Source: Bacteroidota bacterium (GTDB lineage Bacteria; Bacteroidota; Bacteroidia; NS11-12g; UBA9320). From it: a DNA stretch of 64,000 nt. The DNA lies in NCBI GenBank assembly GCA_024679565.1, contig JAIBDD010000009.1, positions 1,109-65,108 on the forward strand. Direction: 5' to 3'. How positions within the stretch are numbered: position 1 is the first letter of the stretch; each line of letters opens with the position of its first letter. Below, piece after piece: positions 40,783 to 50,977 of the stretch. Under the pieces are notes generated by a model. The model was not told where the DNA came from. It saw only the letters and a program-made list of their open reading frames with translations, and searched no databases. The translations under genes and the position numbers were made by a program.

Positions 40783-42777
40783 TTAAAATGTTAATTTAAG
40801 TTCTACAACTGTCTCAGTACCGTTGAACGCATCGCGTTCAAAATTGCGATCTTCATAATGGAACCATCTGTGACGTAAAAATAAAGCGGTGTTTTTAGAC
40901 AAATCATAGTCTATTCCTAGGCCTGCTCCCCAGCCTCTTTGATTTCGTGGGGCATTTGTAATCGCATCCAAATCCGTTTGATAATTGGCTACAATACTTT
41001 CGTAACCCAAGTACGTTGCGATAACGCATCGATCATTATATTCATAGTACGTTTCTAACTCATTGCTATAATGTCTTAGGTAGGCATCTTCCGAAAAAAC
41101 GGTAATAGGTGAAATGAAATCCTGAACCGAACTATATCTATTTAACAAGAATGCGTAGAATCGTTTTAGGCCAATTTTGCCAGAATATTTGGCCTGGACT
41201 TCCATTACGTTAAACTTCTTAGCCACAAAAGTGTCGGACAGTTCAACGATTTCATATACATCTCGGAAAATCACATTATATCTACCATAAGCACCAACAT
41301 TTGTCGGGAAATTCCATCTCCAAAAGCGAGATCGCGTTAGTTGATTAACAGGGTGTCCGTAGCTTATTTGATTACTAAGTCCTTTCAATTCTGAAGATAT
41401 GCCATTGGCAACTGAAAGCTTGAGTTTTTTCATCGGGAATTCAGCATTGATGTTGACCCCTTGTCGATTGTTGGTAAACTGACCAATTGCTGTGAGTGCA
41501 CTCGCAAAAGGAGCCAATACTTGACTTGACCCTACCGTACCTGCGGCTAGCGTATTGTTACTAGCCTCACGGATTGCGGAGTTAAAGAATATAGCATTGT
41601 TGTTTATAACGTTAGGGCTAACTCTAAAGAAATGTAATTCTAAAGGCACCTTACTGATTTTTTCGGTGAAATTCAACTTAAGGTTTATGGCTTCACCAAA
41701 TGGAAGACTATGCACCGGACTGTAATACTGACCTGCACCGATTTCTGATTTCAGAATAATTCCTTTCGATACATTCGCTTGAAACTGTATGGTTGATATA
41801 TCAAATCCAATGCTGTTCGTTCCAAGACTATCGCTATAGGTTTGATTATGGAACGTGTTAAACGCAACAAATCCAAAAGGCGTTTCCTTTTTTAACTGCC
41901 CCCCGTAAGACAAATTAGGAATGGTAAGAAAACCACCATTTAGTTCTGTTTTACCGTACAAGGCTTTTAAACTCAAATTACCTGGAAGATTTGAAGCTTC
42001 CACAATAGTTCCAGTAAATGCCCGCTCTCCCCAACGTGTATCTTGGTTAATATTTCCTTGATTATAGAAGCTACTATATCTGTCAGACACATTGCCTGTA
42101 ACAGGATCCCAAGGATTCCGTTCAAACAACATAAAACGATTGTAACCTGTAAAGCCTGCCAAAGTAAAATCACTCAACGATACCCAATGAATACCACCAG
42201 TTTTTACACCGAACGTGCCTATATCTGTATCAAAGTTTCCATATAGATTGATACCAAGAAGCAAACCTAAGTTTGTGCCAAAACGCGTACCTGTTAGTGG
42301 ACTATATATCGTTGGCAAATTGGTTTGACTTACTTGCCCTTGTCCATAGGTTTGGTTGATTTTACCATCCAAAAATTGAAAAGCATATAAATCGAAACCC
42401 CAAGCAGTTTTTGCCGAAGGTCTTCCAGAAAAATTTAATGTGAGATTTGGCAATTGACTATCGTCACCAACAAAAACACTTTTTTGAAGCGCTGTGTCGT
42501 TGTTTACTTCGTTTAAGATCAACGCGTCCTTATGTCGCGTATACGTGCTAAAAAATCGATACGTCCCACCAATTTTGAAAGTGTATAGTGCGTCTGCGGG
42601 CTTCTTAGGATAAACTCCAACCTTGGGTTTTATCGTAGAATCGAACCGGGTGTTCCAGTGGGCTTGCCAACGCTTAAACGAATCTAACTCCTGATTATCA
42701 GGAGGAGCCTGACCCGAACTGGATTGCCATCCAATCAGACAACAGATGATTGTAACTATTCTTTTTGAATTCATCAT
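40783..42777 (-). CDS. Uncharacterised outer-membrane beta-barrel protein (664 aa)
   Basis: Signal peptide, C-terminal ...VVELKLTF. Adjacent to the 570-aa barrel with 0-bp spacing, and overlaps the upstream symporter by 4 bp. Confidence 0.5.
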   Translation of the reverse strand: MMNSKRIVTIICCLIGWQSSSGQAPPDNQELDSFKRWQAHWNTRFDSTIKPKVGVYPKKPADALYTFKIGGTYRFFSTYTRHKDALILNEVNNDTALQKSVFVGDDSQLPNLTLNFSGRPSAKTAWGFDLYAFQFLDGKINQTYGQGQVSQTNLPTIYSPLTGTRFGTNLGLLLGINLYGNFDTDIGTFGVKTGGIHWVSLSDFTLAGFTGYNRFMLFERNPWDPVTGNVSDRYSSFYNQGNINQDTRWGERAFTGTIVEASNLPGNLSLKALYGKTELNGGFLTIPNLSYGGQLKKETPFGFVAFNTFHNQTYSDSLGTNSIGFDISTIQFQANVSKGIILKSEIGAGQYYSPVHSLPFGEAINLKLNFTEKISKVPLELHFFRVSPNVINNNAIFFNSAIREASNNTLAAGTVGSSQVLAPFASALTAIGQFTNNRQGVNINAEFPMKKLKLSVANGISSELKGLSNQISYGHPVNQLTRSRFWRWNFPTNVGAYGRYNVIFRDVYEIVELSDTFVAKKFNVMEVQAKYSGKIGLKRFYAFLLNRYSSVQDFISPITVFSEDAYLRHYSNELETYYEYNDRCVIATYLGYESIVANYQTDLDAITNAPRNQRGWGAGLGIDYDLSKNTALFLRHRWFHYEDRNFERDAFNGTETVVELKLTF

Positions 42778-44411
42778 TTAAATAAATACCATAAAATGAA
42801 AACTGAGATTATTAATAAAAGTGACAGAATAATATTGACACTTGATTTTTGAATTGTAATGGCGCCTTTAGACCATGTTATGTCTGCGAGACGGGATTCT
42901 GAAAGTGCGTCTTTCTCTTTCGAGAACACATACAGCAACGCCACACAAACCAGAAAAAGGAATAAAGCAAAGTGTAAAAAGTTTATTTGCGTGAAGGCAT
43001 ATAAGGGCCCGCTTAAATCGTCTTGAACTAGTTCTAACCCAAGTCTAACTAATCCTAAAACTGCACCACTTAACAAGGATATTTTAGCAGCTTGAGGCGT
43101 TATTTTCTTACTCAAAATACCAATTAAGAAAACAGCAGCAATTGGTGGTGATATATATGCTTGAATACTTTGAAGCACCTTAAATAAGCCTCCTTTAATA
43201 TCTTCCATAAAAGGAATCCACGCCATACCCAATAAAATGAGAACGACGGTAGCAATCTGACCTACGTACACAAGTTGTTTTTTGGTGGCCTCAGGTTTGT
43301 ATTGACGGTAAATGTCCATTGTAAACAACGTAGAACATGAATTAAAAACAGAAGACAATGAACTCATGAGAGCGGCCAGTAAGCCAGCAATAACAAGGCC
43401 TTTAAAACCCGCCGGCAAAACTGTTAGGCTAAGCAGCGGTAATGCGGCATCGTAGTTTGTGGTGCCGTCTGCTTTCAATGGAAACGTAATGAGCGCATTG
43501 TCGCCAACCGAAAGGGCTAGTGCGATAACACCCGGGATTACAAACAAAAACAGCGGTAAAAGCTTCAAGAAACCACCAAAAATGGTTCCTTTCCTAGCGT
43601 GATCAATATTTTTTGCAGCCAATACACGTTGAACGATAAATTGGTCCGTACACCAATACCATACTCCTAAAATTGGAGCGCCAAAGACTATACCTGTCCA
43701 AGGATAGTCTGGATGTTGCATGTTTTTCCATAGGCTAAGCGAACCTTCAGGAACGTTTTGCACTACACCTTCCCATCCATTTAAAGATTTTAAACCAAAA
43801 TAGGTTAGGGCAATAGAGCCACCTATAAGCACTATCATTTGCAGAAAGTCGGTATACACAACCACTTTTAACCCACCTATTAGCGTATACACACCGGTGA
43901 ATACAACAATTAACAAAGCACCAGTCCAGAAGTTGATTCCGAGTAATGTGGTAAATACGATACCTCCTGCGGCAATGGTTATAGATATTTTGGTTAAGAC
44001 ATACGCCACTATGGAAATCCAGCTTAGATAATTTCTGGCCCAAGAACTGTACCTTCTTTCTAAAAATTCAGGCATAGTAAATACACCACTTTTCATATAA
44101 AAAGGAACAAAGAACCAACCCAATACCAGCAGCATAAGTGCAGCGAGTATTTCGAACTGACCTGCGGCAAACTCTCCTTTTGCCCCGGCACCAGCCAATC
44201 CAATTAAATGTTCAGAGCCAATATTTGATGCAAACAGTGAAGCGCCAATCACCCACCAACCTAAATTTCTTCCACCCAAGAAGTACGACTCTGGACTTCT
44301 TTTGCGTTTAGAACATTTCTTCTTCAAAAAGAAAAACAAAGCAATACCAAATACGCATAAGAAATATACTCCTATAACGACTAAATCCAGCGATGCTAAG
44401 TGCTCAAACAT
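42774..44411 (-). CDS. Sodium:solute symporter family (SSF) sugar transporter
   Basis: 545 aa, ~14 TM helices, typical SGLT/SSF glycine-rich core. Confidence 0.85.
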   Translation of the reverse strand: MFEHLASLDLVVIGVYFLCVFGIALFFFLKKKCSKRKRSPESYFLGGRNLGWWVIGASLFASNIGSEHLIGLAGAGAKGEFAAGQFEILAALMLLVLGWFFVPFYMKSGVFTMPEFLERRYSSWARNYLSWISIVAYVLTKISITIAAGGIVFTTLLGINFWTGALLIVVFTGVYTLIGGLKVVVYTDFLQMIVLIGGSIALTYFGLKSLNGWEGVVQNVPEGSLSLWKNMQHPDYPWTGIVFGAPILGVWYWCTDQFIVQRVLAAKNIDHARKGTIFGGFLKLLPLFLFVIPGVIALALSVGDNALITFPLKADGTTNYDAALPLLSLTVLPAGFKGLVIAGLLAALMSSLSSVFNSCSTLFTMDIYRQYKPEATKKQLVYVGQIATVVLILLGMAWIPFMEDIKGGLFKVLQSIQAYISPPIAAVFLIGILSKKITPQAAKISLLSGAVLGLVRLGLELVQDDLSGPLYAFTQINFLHFALFLFLVCVALLYVFSKEKDALSESRLADITWSKGAITIQKSSVNIILSLLLIISVFILWYLFK

Positions 44412-44415
44412 CTTC

Positions 44416-45759
44416 CTAATATTCGAAATTCAGTTTACGTTTTTTCAACTTAATGGTAGTCGTCGCGTTAGGATCAGGTTTAACATAAAATGGAATATTG
44501 AAATACCCCATTTGTCCTTTACGATCGTAGGCAAATACAAAAACCCGGTACGCGCCTTCTTTTTGGGGAGCGACAAACTCCATTTTGTTTTTTTGCTTTG
44601 ATTTAATCAAACCTGGAATGCTCGGTGGTGCGCTTTCGACATCTCCACCTGCCTTTACGTCTGTACTTTCAGATATGACCTGCCAATCGATTTTAAGCTT
44701 GTCCCCATCTGGGTCGTTGAAGTTTGCTATTACCGTATAACGCCTACCCGATTCAACAATATTATCTGGTATAGGTTTACTATCGTAGAGTAACGCAAAA
44801 TCAACCACTTTGGGTGATTCATTTTTAGGTTTTTCGCCTCGCCAATCAATATGTAATCGATCGACCGATTCGGTACTTTCACCCGCAGCGCTAAACATAC
44901 CATACCAAGTTGCTGTAGTCTCCTGCTTTTGCCCCCATAAAAATACATAGGAACCAACACACTTTAAACTATCTGCATTGATGTAGTTATTTCGTTCTTC
45001 ATAGCTATCGGCTTTTTCACTAGACGTTTGTTCGATTGGGGCGCCCCACTTTGTTTTTGCCGTTTCCCAATGTCCATTAGGGCCCCACTCTGCAATTAGG
45101 TATGCTCCTGGCCAACCAAATCTATGCATGTCATCTACGGCTTTTTTCAAATCGCCATAGGTATTGACTCCATAGATATCAAGATCAGGTACGTTTTGTA
45201 ATATTAATGCTGTTTCGGTAGAATCATATCCGGCAGTTACCGTTGTTGTTGGATGATTTGGGTCGATACGGTGCACCATGGCACAGATATCCTGAACCGC
45301 ATTCCAAACCTTCGTATTACTGTAAAATAAATCTACTTCATTACCAACACCCCACATAAGCAAAGCTGGATGGTCTTTGAACTCTTTTACTTTTCTAGTA
45401 AAATACTCCAACTGTTTGCGTACAGCAGTTGTGTCGTTGTAGTCGAAACCATGTCGTTCGTGCTGAACCCACAAACCCATCATTACTGTCAAACCACGTT
45501 CGTGTGCCGCATCTAAAAATTTCTTGGCATTTTCTAAACTCCAAGTACGAATGGAATTGCTACCAATTTCAACCGCCTTGTCGAGATAGACTTGCCCCCC
45601 TACTCCTTTAATGTAATAAGGTTTTCCATCACGATAGAGTTCCCAGTCTCCATTGACTTTTTTTACTTCTACTTTTACAGCTTGCGCATTTGAATTGACG
45701 TATAACACAAACGCCAACACACTCATTAGTATAGCTTTATAGTTCAAAACTGATTTCAT
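44416..45759 (-). CDS. Secreted clan GH-A (TIM-barrel) glycoside hydrolase with C-terminal beta-sandwich. Possibly GH158-like endo-beta-1,3-glucanase
   Basis: Signal peptide from M28 (start 45759). LLMWGVGNEVD block with the clan GH-A acid/base Glu context. IAEWGPNGHWE as nucleophile-region candidate. ~100-aa Ig-like C-terminal domain. The family call is a guess from memory. Confidence 0.5.
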   Translation of the reverse strand: MKSVLNYKAILMSVLAFVLYVNSNAQAVKVEVKKVNGDWELYRDGKPYYIKGVGGQVYLDKAVEIGSNSIRTWSLENAKKFLDAAHERGLTVMMGLWVQHERHGFDYNDTTAVRKQLEYFTRKVKEFKDHPALLMWGVGNEVDLFYSNTKVWNAVQDICAMVHRIDPNHPTTTVTAGYDSTETALILQNVPDLDIYGVNTYGDLKKAVDDMHRFGWPGAYLIAEWGPNGHWETAKTKWGAPIEQTSSEKADSYEERNNYINADSLKCVGSYVFLWGQKQETTATWYGMFSAAGESTESVDRLHIDWRGEKPKNESPKVVDFALLYDSKPIPDNIVESGRRYTVIANFNDPDGDKLKIDWQVISESTDVKAGGDVESAPPSIPGLIKSKQKNKMEFVAPQKEGAYRVFVFAYDRKGQMGYFNIPFYVKPDPNATTTIKLKKRKLNFEY

Positions 45760-46468
45760 TTTTCTTTCTTGCATCGTAACGTTCTTTGTCAAAATTGAAT
45801 AGTTTGGCTGGTCGGTGTGCGACATTTGATTCAACCTCATTTAAAGGCGTAACCAAATCCATACTTAAGATCTTCTTTCTGAAGTTTGGTTTGTCAAATC
45901 TCATATTTAGGAGTGCCTCGTATACACCTTGCAATTCAAGCAAAGTGAATTTTTCGGGTAAAAGTTCAAATCCGATAGGCTCGGTACGCACTTTTTTCCG
46001 AAGATTGGCTAATGCCTTTTGAAGGATTTCCTCGTGGTCAAAACCCAAGGGGGGAAGTTCATTGATATCGAACCATTTCACCTCTTTTGCCCAAGTGGAC
46101 GCCACAGGCTTATGATTATCAGTTCGAACAAGTGAGTAATAACCTACTGTTATAACTCGGCCAACAGGGTGTCTATCAACACGACCGAAGGTGTGAAATT
46201 GTTCAAAGTATATATTCTCGAGTCCAGTAAGATGTTGTAAAATTCTATCGGCTGAGGAGTCTAAATCTTCTTCGGGATACACCAAATCACCAGGTATGGC
46301 CCAATTGTCTAAATACGGTTCTGCCCCCCTTTGGATTAATAGAACGCGTAATGATTTGTCTTTATAACCGAATATGACACAATCCGTTGACATACCAAAA
46401 TGAAGGAAATCTGAAAAAGGTAAATTGTTTTCGGAGAGGAAATATATATCTGGGTTTTTCTTGTGCAT
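45737..46468 (-). CDS. NUDIX-domain transcriptional regulator (NrtR-like: NUDIX plus C-terminal winged helix)
   Basis: NUDIX fold signature region (LLIQRGAEPYLDNWAIPGDLVYPEEDLDSSADRILQ), then a ~100-aa C-terminal domain. Start moved to ATG 46468 (MHKKNPD); the track TTG start is 46489. Confidence 0.6.
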   Translation of the reverse strand: MHKKNPDIYFLSENNLPFSDFLHFGMSTDCVIFGYKDKSLRVLLIQRGAEPYLDNWAIPGDLVYPEEDLDSSADRILQHLTGLENIYFEQFHTFGRVDRHPVGRVITVGYYSLVRTDNHKPVASTWAKEVKWFDINELPPLGFDHEEILQKALANLRKKVRTEPIGFELLPEKFTLLELQGVYEALLNMRFDKPNFRKKILSMDLVTPLNEVESNVAHRPAKLFNFDKERYDARKKNEISFEL

Positions 46469-46489
46469 TTTCAATAAGGATATGCACAA
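46461..46489. promoter_or_regulatory. Perfect 8-bp inverted repeat TTGTGCAT-N13-ATGCACAA overlapping the NUDIX regulator start. Candidate operator in the divergent control region
   Basis: 46461-46468 TTGTGCAT and 46482-46489 ATGCACAA are exact reverse complements. The regulator's ATG (rc of 46466-46468) lies within the left half. Confidence 0.5.
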
Positions 46490-46599
46490 ACATATAAAAA
46501 AAAACTTATAGTACTTTTTACTTTAAGAAAATTACGCTTATTTCGACTCTAAATGAAAATGAGATTATTTTCATGCGTTGATTATTTAATAATAGATAT

Positions 46600-48165
46600 A
46601 TGAAAACAAAAAATCCAGTTATTATGATGATCGCCATGATTGTAGCCCTAGGGGGGTTACTCATGGGATTCGACGCCTCGGTAATATCAGGGGTTATAAA
46701 ATTTATTGAGCCTGAGTTTGGTTTAACGAAACTGCAATTGGGATGGTCGGTAGCTTCATTAACGGTTACAGCAACCCTTGCCATGCTTGTGGCCGGGCCA
46801 TTAAGTGACAAAATTGGTCGAAGAACGGTGTTGCGATACGCGGCAATATTATATGCCGTGTCTGCATTTGCATCGGCTTTTGCACCCACGTATACATTTT
46901 TGGTAATTGCACGAATGATTGGTGGATTCGGCGTAGGGGCCTCATTAATTTTGGCACCAATGTACATCGCAGAAATGGCTCCACCTGAAATAAGAGGCCG
47001 GTTGGTATCGTTCAACCAGCTTAACATTGTAATAGGTATTTCACTGGCTTTCTTTACCAACTACCTCATTCTTCAACTCGGTAAAAGTGACGCTTCATGG
47101 GTTGCTTCTCTTAAAATTAATGAGAACAATTGGCGGTGGATGCTTGGTTTAGAAACCGTTCCTGCGATTTTATATTTCTCCGGTTTGTTTTTCGTACCTA
47201 ACAGTCCTAGGTGGCTTATTCTAAAAGGTCGATATGACGAGGCCAAAAAGGTTCTTAGTAAATTCTCAGGACCTGAAGAATCAGAAAAGACGGTACAGGA
47301 AATTCAAGACCACATCGAACAAGATAAAAACAAAGCCAAGGTTAGTATTGGAGAGCTCTTTAAACCGGCAATGAGATTCGTATTGGTCATTGGTGTTGTG
47401 GTAGCCGTATTACAACAAATCACGGGTATTAACTCCGTATTTTTCTACGCACCAATGATTTTTGAACAGTCGGGTATTGGCACTGACGCGTCATTTATTC
47501 AAGCCATTTTAGTAGGGATAACCAACCTCTTGTTTACCATTTTAGCTTTAGCCTTGATAGATAGACTTGGACGTAAGCCACTACTCAGTATTGGAGTAGC
47601 CGGAATGACGATATGTCTGTTCCTGTTGTCTTACGGGTTTAATTCGGCATCCTATACCTTACCTGCAGATTCTATTTCAGGATTGGTAGACAATGTTGAC
47701 TTATCGGGTTTGGAAGCTATCGCTGGTAAAACGTATGAATCTGACATTGCGTTTAATGAAGCCTTGTCGTCGTCTTTAGAAGTAGACGTATTAGCCGCAC
47801 ATAAATCGGAAATTATTAAAGCAGCGATTCAAATGAATCCTAAATTAATTTTAGTTGGCATTTTAGGGTTTGTAGCTTCTTTCGCCATTTCGATTGGGCC
47901 AGTGATGTGGGTCCTGTTTTCAGAACTGTTTCCAAATCGAATCAGAGGAATTGCCATATCATTTGTAGGCGTAATCAACTCTGCCATAAGCTTTGTGGTT
48001 CAATGGGTATTCCCATGGCAATTAGAAGTACTGGGTAACGCAGGAACATTTTTTATCTATGGCGTATTTGCCCTTATTGGCCTCATATTTATTATACGTG
48101 TAATTCCAGAAACCAAAGGGAAGTCATTAGAGGAGTTGGAAGAAGAACTTGTTAAAACCGCTTAA
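46600..48165 (+). CDS. MFS sugar porter family transporter
   Basis: GRR/GRK loops, PNSPRWL and PETKG sugar-porter signatures, 12 TM helices with a large central loop. Confidence 0.9.
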   Translation: MKTKNPVIMMIAMIVALGGLLMGFDASVISGVIKFIEPEFGLTKLQLGWSVASLTVTATLAMLVAGPLSDKIGRRTVLRYAAILYAVSAFASAFAPTYTFLVIARMIGGFGVGASLILAPMYIAEMAPPEIRGRLVSFNQLNIVIGISLAFFTNYLILQLGKSDASWVASLKINENNWRWMLGLETVPAILYFSGLFFVPNSPRWLILKGRYDEAKKVLSKFSGPEESEKTVQEIQDHIEQDKNKAKVSIGELFKPAMRFVLVIGVVVAVLQQITGINSVFFYAPMIFEQSGIGTDASFIQAILVGITNLLFTILALALIDRLGRKPLLSIGVAGMTICLFLLSYGFNSASYTLPADSISGLVDNVDLSGLEAIAGKTYESDIAFNEALSSSLEVDVLAAHKSEIIKAAIQMNPKLILVGILGFVASFAISIGPVMWVLFSELFPNRIRGIAISFVGVINSAISFVVQWVFPWQLEVLGNAGTFFIYGVFALIGLIFIIRVIPETKGKSLEELEEELVKTA

Positions 48166-48169
48166 ATCT

Positions 48170-49432
48170 ATGCATCAGAAGTTACTATTTTTGAAGCTGA
48201 ACGTCTTGCTGAGCGGTAAGTTCACCGCCCTTGTATTGATGTGTTCTCTCGTTGGTTGTAAACAGGAAGCCAATGAAGTTGAGACTGATCTTATCCAAGT
48301 CGAAAACTATACAACAGGTACCGACCATGTTCAAAAGACCGAAACGTATGTTCGTATTCCTGCTGATAACCACATTACCATCAACGTTGACGTTCCTGCT
48401 ACTGGGCGTTATCAAGTGGAAGTTTTTGGATCGTCCGATAATGGTACAATCTGGATTGAAGACTATATCAACAATACAGATGACCGGACTTACAACATCA
48501 CGGGAGACATCAAATTTGCACACAACAATTCCTTTCATTCTTCAAGCATGTTTGGCTCACCTCTATCGGAAGGAAGTCACCCATTTAAAATCCATGCTAA
48601 AAACGATACCGTAAATATTGACTGGATAAAACTTACCCCGATACTTGTGCATGATTCGACCTACGAAGTGTTGGAACAAAAAATGCAGGGTAGTCAATGG
48701 GACTTGGTATGGTCAGACGAGTTTGATGTAAACGGCTTACCTGACACGTCAAAATGGTCTTACAACATCGGAAACTGGGGATGGGGCAACAACGAGTTAC
48801 AGTATTACACCGCCTTTGACGAGAAAACAGCGCGCGTAGAAGACGGCAATCTTATTATTCAAGCACATCAAGACAAGAGTGATTCTACTTGGACCTCAGC
48901 AAGATTGACAACCCAAGGTAAATTCGGCTTCAAATATGGTAAGATAGAATTTAGGGCTAAGGTACCGCACGATCGTGGAACATGGGCTGCTGGTTGGCTG
49001 CTTGGATCAAATTACAAGGACGAAATATCTTGGCCATACTGCGGAGAAATAGATGTTCTTGAATGCGTTGGATATGAAATTAACGACACCACATTCGCTG
49101 GATTAAACCATGCTACCTGCCATACAAGAAAGTATTATTTCAAACAGGGCAATCAAATAGGAAGTGATACGACGTTAACCCACATGACAGATTCCTTTCA
49201 TACTTATGCAGTTGAATGGCATCCAGATGTTATCTATGGGTTGGTGGATGGAAAGCGTTATTACACCTATGACAAAAATGCCGACGACTTAGAATGGCCC
49301 TTTAACAAACCACAAGACATTATACTCAACCTTGCCATTGGAGGCGGATGGGGCGGAGCAAAAGGACTTGACCCTAATATGGACGCTCCTCAATACATTT
49401 TAGACTATGTGCGGGTGTACGACCTCAAATAA
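48170..49432 (+). CDS. GH16 family beta-glucanase (laminarinase-like) lipoprotein with N-terminal accessory domain
   Basis: Lipobox LVGCKQ. Catalytic motif EIDVLE (ExDxxE) at CGEIDVLECVG. ~170-aa N-terminal non-catalytic beta domain. Start moved to ATG 48170. Confidence 0.85.
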   Translation: MHQKLLFLKLNVLLSGKFTALVLMCSLVGCKQEANEVETDLIQVENYTTGTDHVQKTETYVRIPADNHITINVDVPATGRYQVEVFGSSDNGTIWIEDYINNTDDRTYNITGDIKFAHNNSFHSSSMFGSPLSEGSHPFKIHAKNDTVNIDWIKLTPILVHDSTYEVLEQKMQGSQWDLVWSDEFDVNGLPDTSKWSYNIGNWGWGNNELQYYTAFDEKTARVEDGNLIIQAHQDKSDSTWTSARLTTQGKFGFKYGKIEFRAKVPHDRGTWAAGWLLGSNYKDEISWPYCGEIDVLECVGYEINDTTFAGLNHATCHTRKYYFKQGNQIGSDTTLTHMTDSFHTYAVEWHPDVIYGLVDGKRYYTYDKNADDLEWPFNKPQDIILNLAIGGGWGGAKGLDPNMDAPQYILDYVRVYDLK

Positions 49433-49440
49433 CTTCTAGT

Positions 49441-50940
49441 ATGACAAAGCTTACACCGTATGCGTTATGTTTTATGACCTTATTTGTTTTGGTCGGTTGC
49501 GGCCAAAAAACTATAGAAGAATTGAATGTTAGCATTTTTCAAACCAGTGCTGCTGGTGATCATTTAAAACAAATTGAACTACCCACCACAGAAGCTGCTG
49601 TTTCTGGTGAGATCGTTATCAATACAAATGAAACATTCCAAACTGTTACCGGTTTTGGTGGAGCGTTTACAGAATCTAGTGCCACTTTGCTCAACCAATT
49701 AAGCGCTGATAAACGCAACCAAATTATGGAGGCGTATTTTTCAGCAGACGGGGCACAATACAGTTTGACTCGAACGCATATGAATAGTTGCGACTTCTCT
49801 GTTGGTCATTACAGTTATGCTCCAGTTGAAGGAGATACGGCTCTTGAATCGTTTAGCATTGCAGAAGATACGGCTGATATAATTCCGATGATAAAACAAG
49901 CACAAGCATTGTCGTCAGAAGGGTTTAAGATTGTTGCCTCTCCGTGGACGGCACCCATCTGGATGAAAGACAACAAAACGTGGAACGGCGGAAAGTTAGA
50001 AAAAAAATACTACGGCACTTGGGCAAAATTCTTTTCGAAATATGCACAAGCATATAGCGATGAAGGAATTAATATTTGGGCATTTACAGTAGAAAATGAA
50101 CCCTTGGGTAATGATGCCAATTGGGAAAGCATGCACTACACCCCTCAAGAAACTGCGGATTTTGTAAAACACCATCTAGGACCACAGTTGCAACAAGATA
50201 ACATTGACGCCAAAATATTGGTGTACGACCAAAACCGCGGAAAAGAATTAGATGAATGGGCATTGGCATTACTAACCGACTCGGCTTTAGCACCTTACAT
50301 TTACGGCACAGCGGTACATTGGTATACAAGTACGATTGATTGGTATCCGCAATCACTAACGTCCACACATAACCTTGCTCCCACCAAACATATTATACAT
50401 ACTGAAGGTTGTATTGATGCTGAAGTACCTCACTGGAAAGATGATGCCTGGTATTGGAGTAAAGAAGCAACAGACTGGGGTTGGGATTGGGCCAAAGAAG
50501 AAGACAAAAAAGACCACCCGAAATATGTGCCATGTTATAGATACGCCAGAGATATCATTGGCTGTATGAATAACTGGGTGGAAGGTTGGATAGATTGGAA
50601 CATGGTTCTTGATAAAAATGGAGGCCCTAACTTAGCTAACAATTGGTGTATAGCACCAGTCATTGTTGACACTGATAGTAACGAAGTTTATATCACACCG
50701 TTGTACTATGTTCTCAGTCATTTTAGTAAATTTATTCGACCTGATGCTATAAGAACAGGCATAGACACAAAACATGATGCGCTGATGGCAACCGCTGTAA
50801 AGAATAAAGATGGATCTAACGTAGTAATCGTTTTTAACGAATCTGATAAACCGATACACTACAAGCTAACCATTGATAATAAAGAAAAAACAATATTGAT
50901 TGACCAACAAGCGATACAAACTATCGTTGTAAGTCAGTAA
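49441..50940 (+). CDS. GH30 family glycoside hydrolase (beta-1,6-glucanase / glucosylceramidase-like) lipoprotein
   Basis: Lipobox LVGCGQ and TGFGGAFTESSA, the hallmark GH30 N-terminal motif. Confidence 0.8.
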   Translation: MTKLTPYALCFMTLFVLVGCGQKTIEELNVSIFQTSAAGDHLKQIELPTTEAAVSGEIVINTNETFQTVTGFGGAFTESSATLLNQLSADKRNQIMEAYFSADGAQYSLTRTHMNSCDFSVGHYSYAPVEGDTALESFSIAEDTADIIPMIKQAQALSSEGFKIVASPWTAPIWMKDNKTWNGGKLEKKYYGTWAKFFSKYAQAYSDEGINIWAFTVENEPLGNDANWESMHYTPQETADFVKHHLGPQLQQDNIDAKILVYDQNRGKELDEWALALLTDSALAPYIYGTAVHWYTSTIDWYPQSLTSTHNLAPTKHIIHTEGCIDAEVPHWKDDAWYWSKEATDWGWDWAKEEDKKDHPKYVPCYRYARDIIGCMNNWVEGWIDWNMVLDKNGGPNLANNWCIAPVIVDTDSNEVYITPLYYVLSHFSKFIRPDAIRTGIDTKHDALMATAVKNKDGSNVVIVFNESDKPIHYKLTIDNKEKTILIDQQAIQTIVVSQ

Positions 50941-50977
50941 TTGTGATACCTCAAAACAAGAAAAGTAAAAGAATTTA

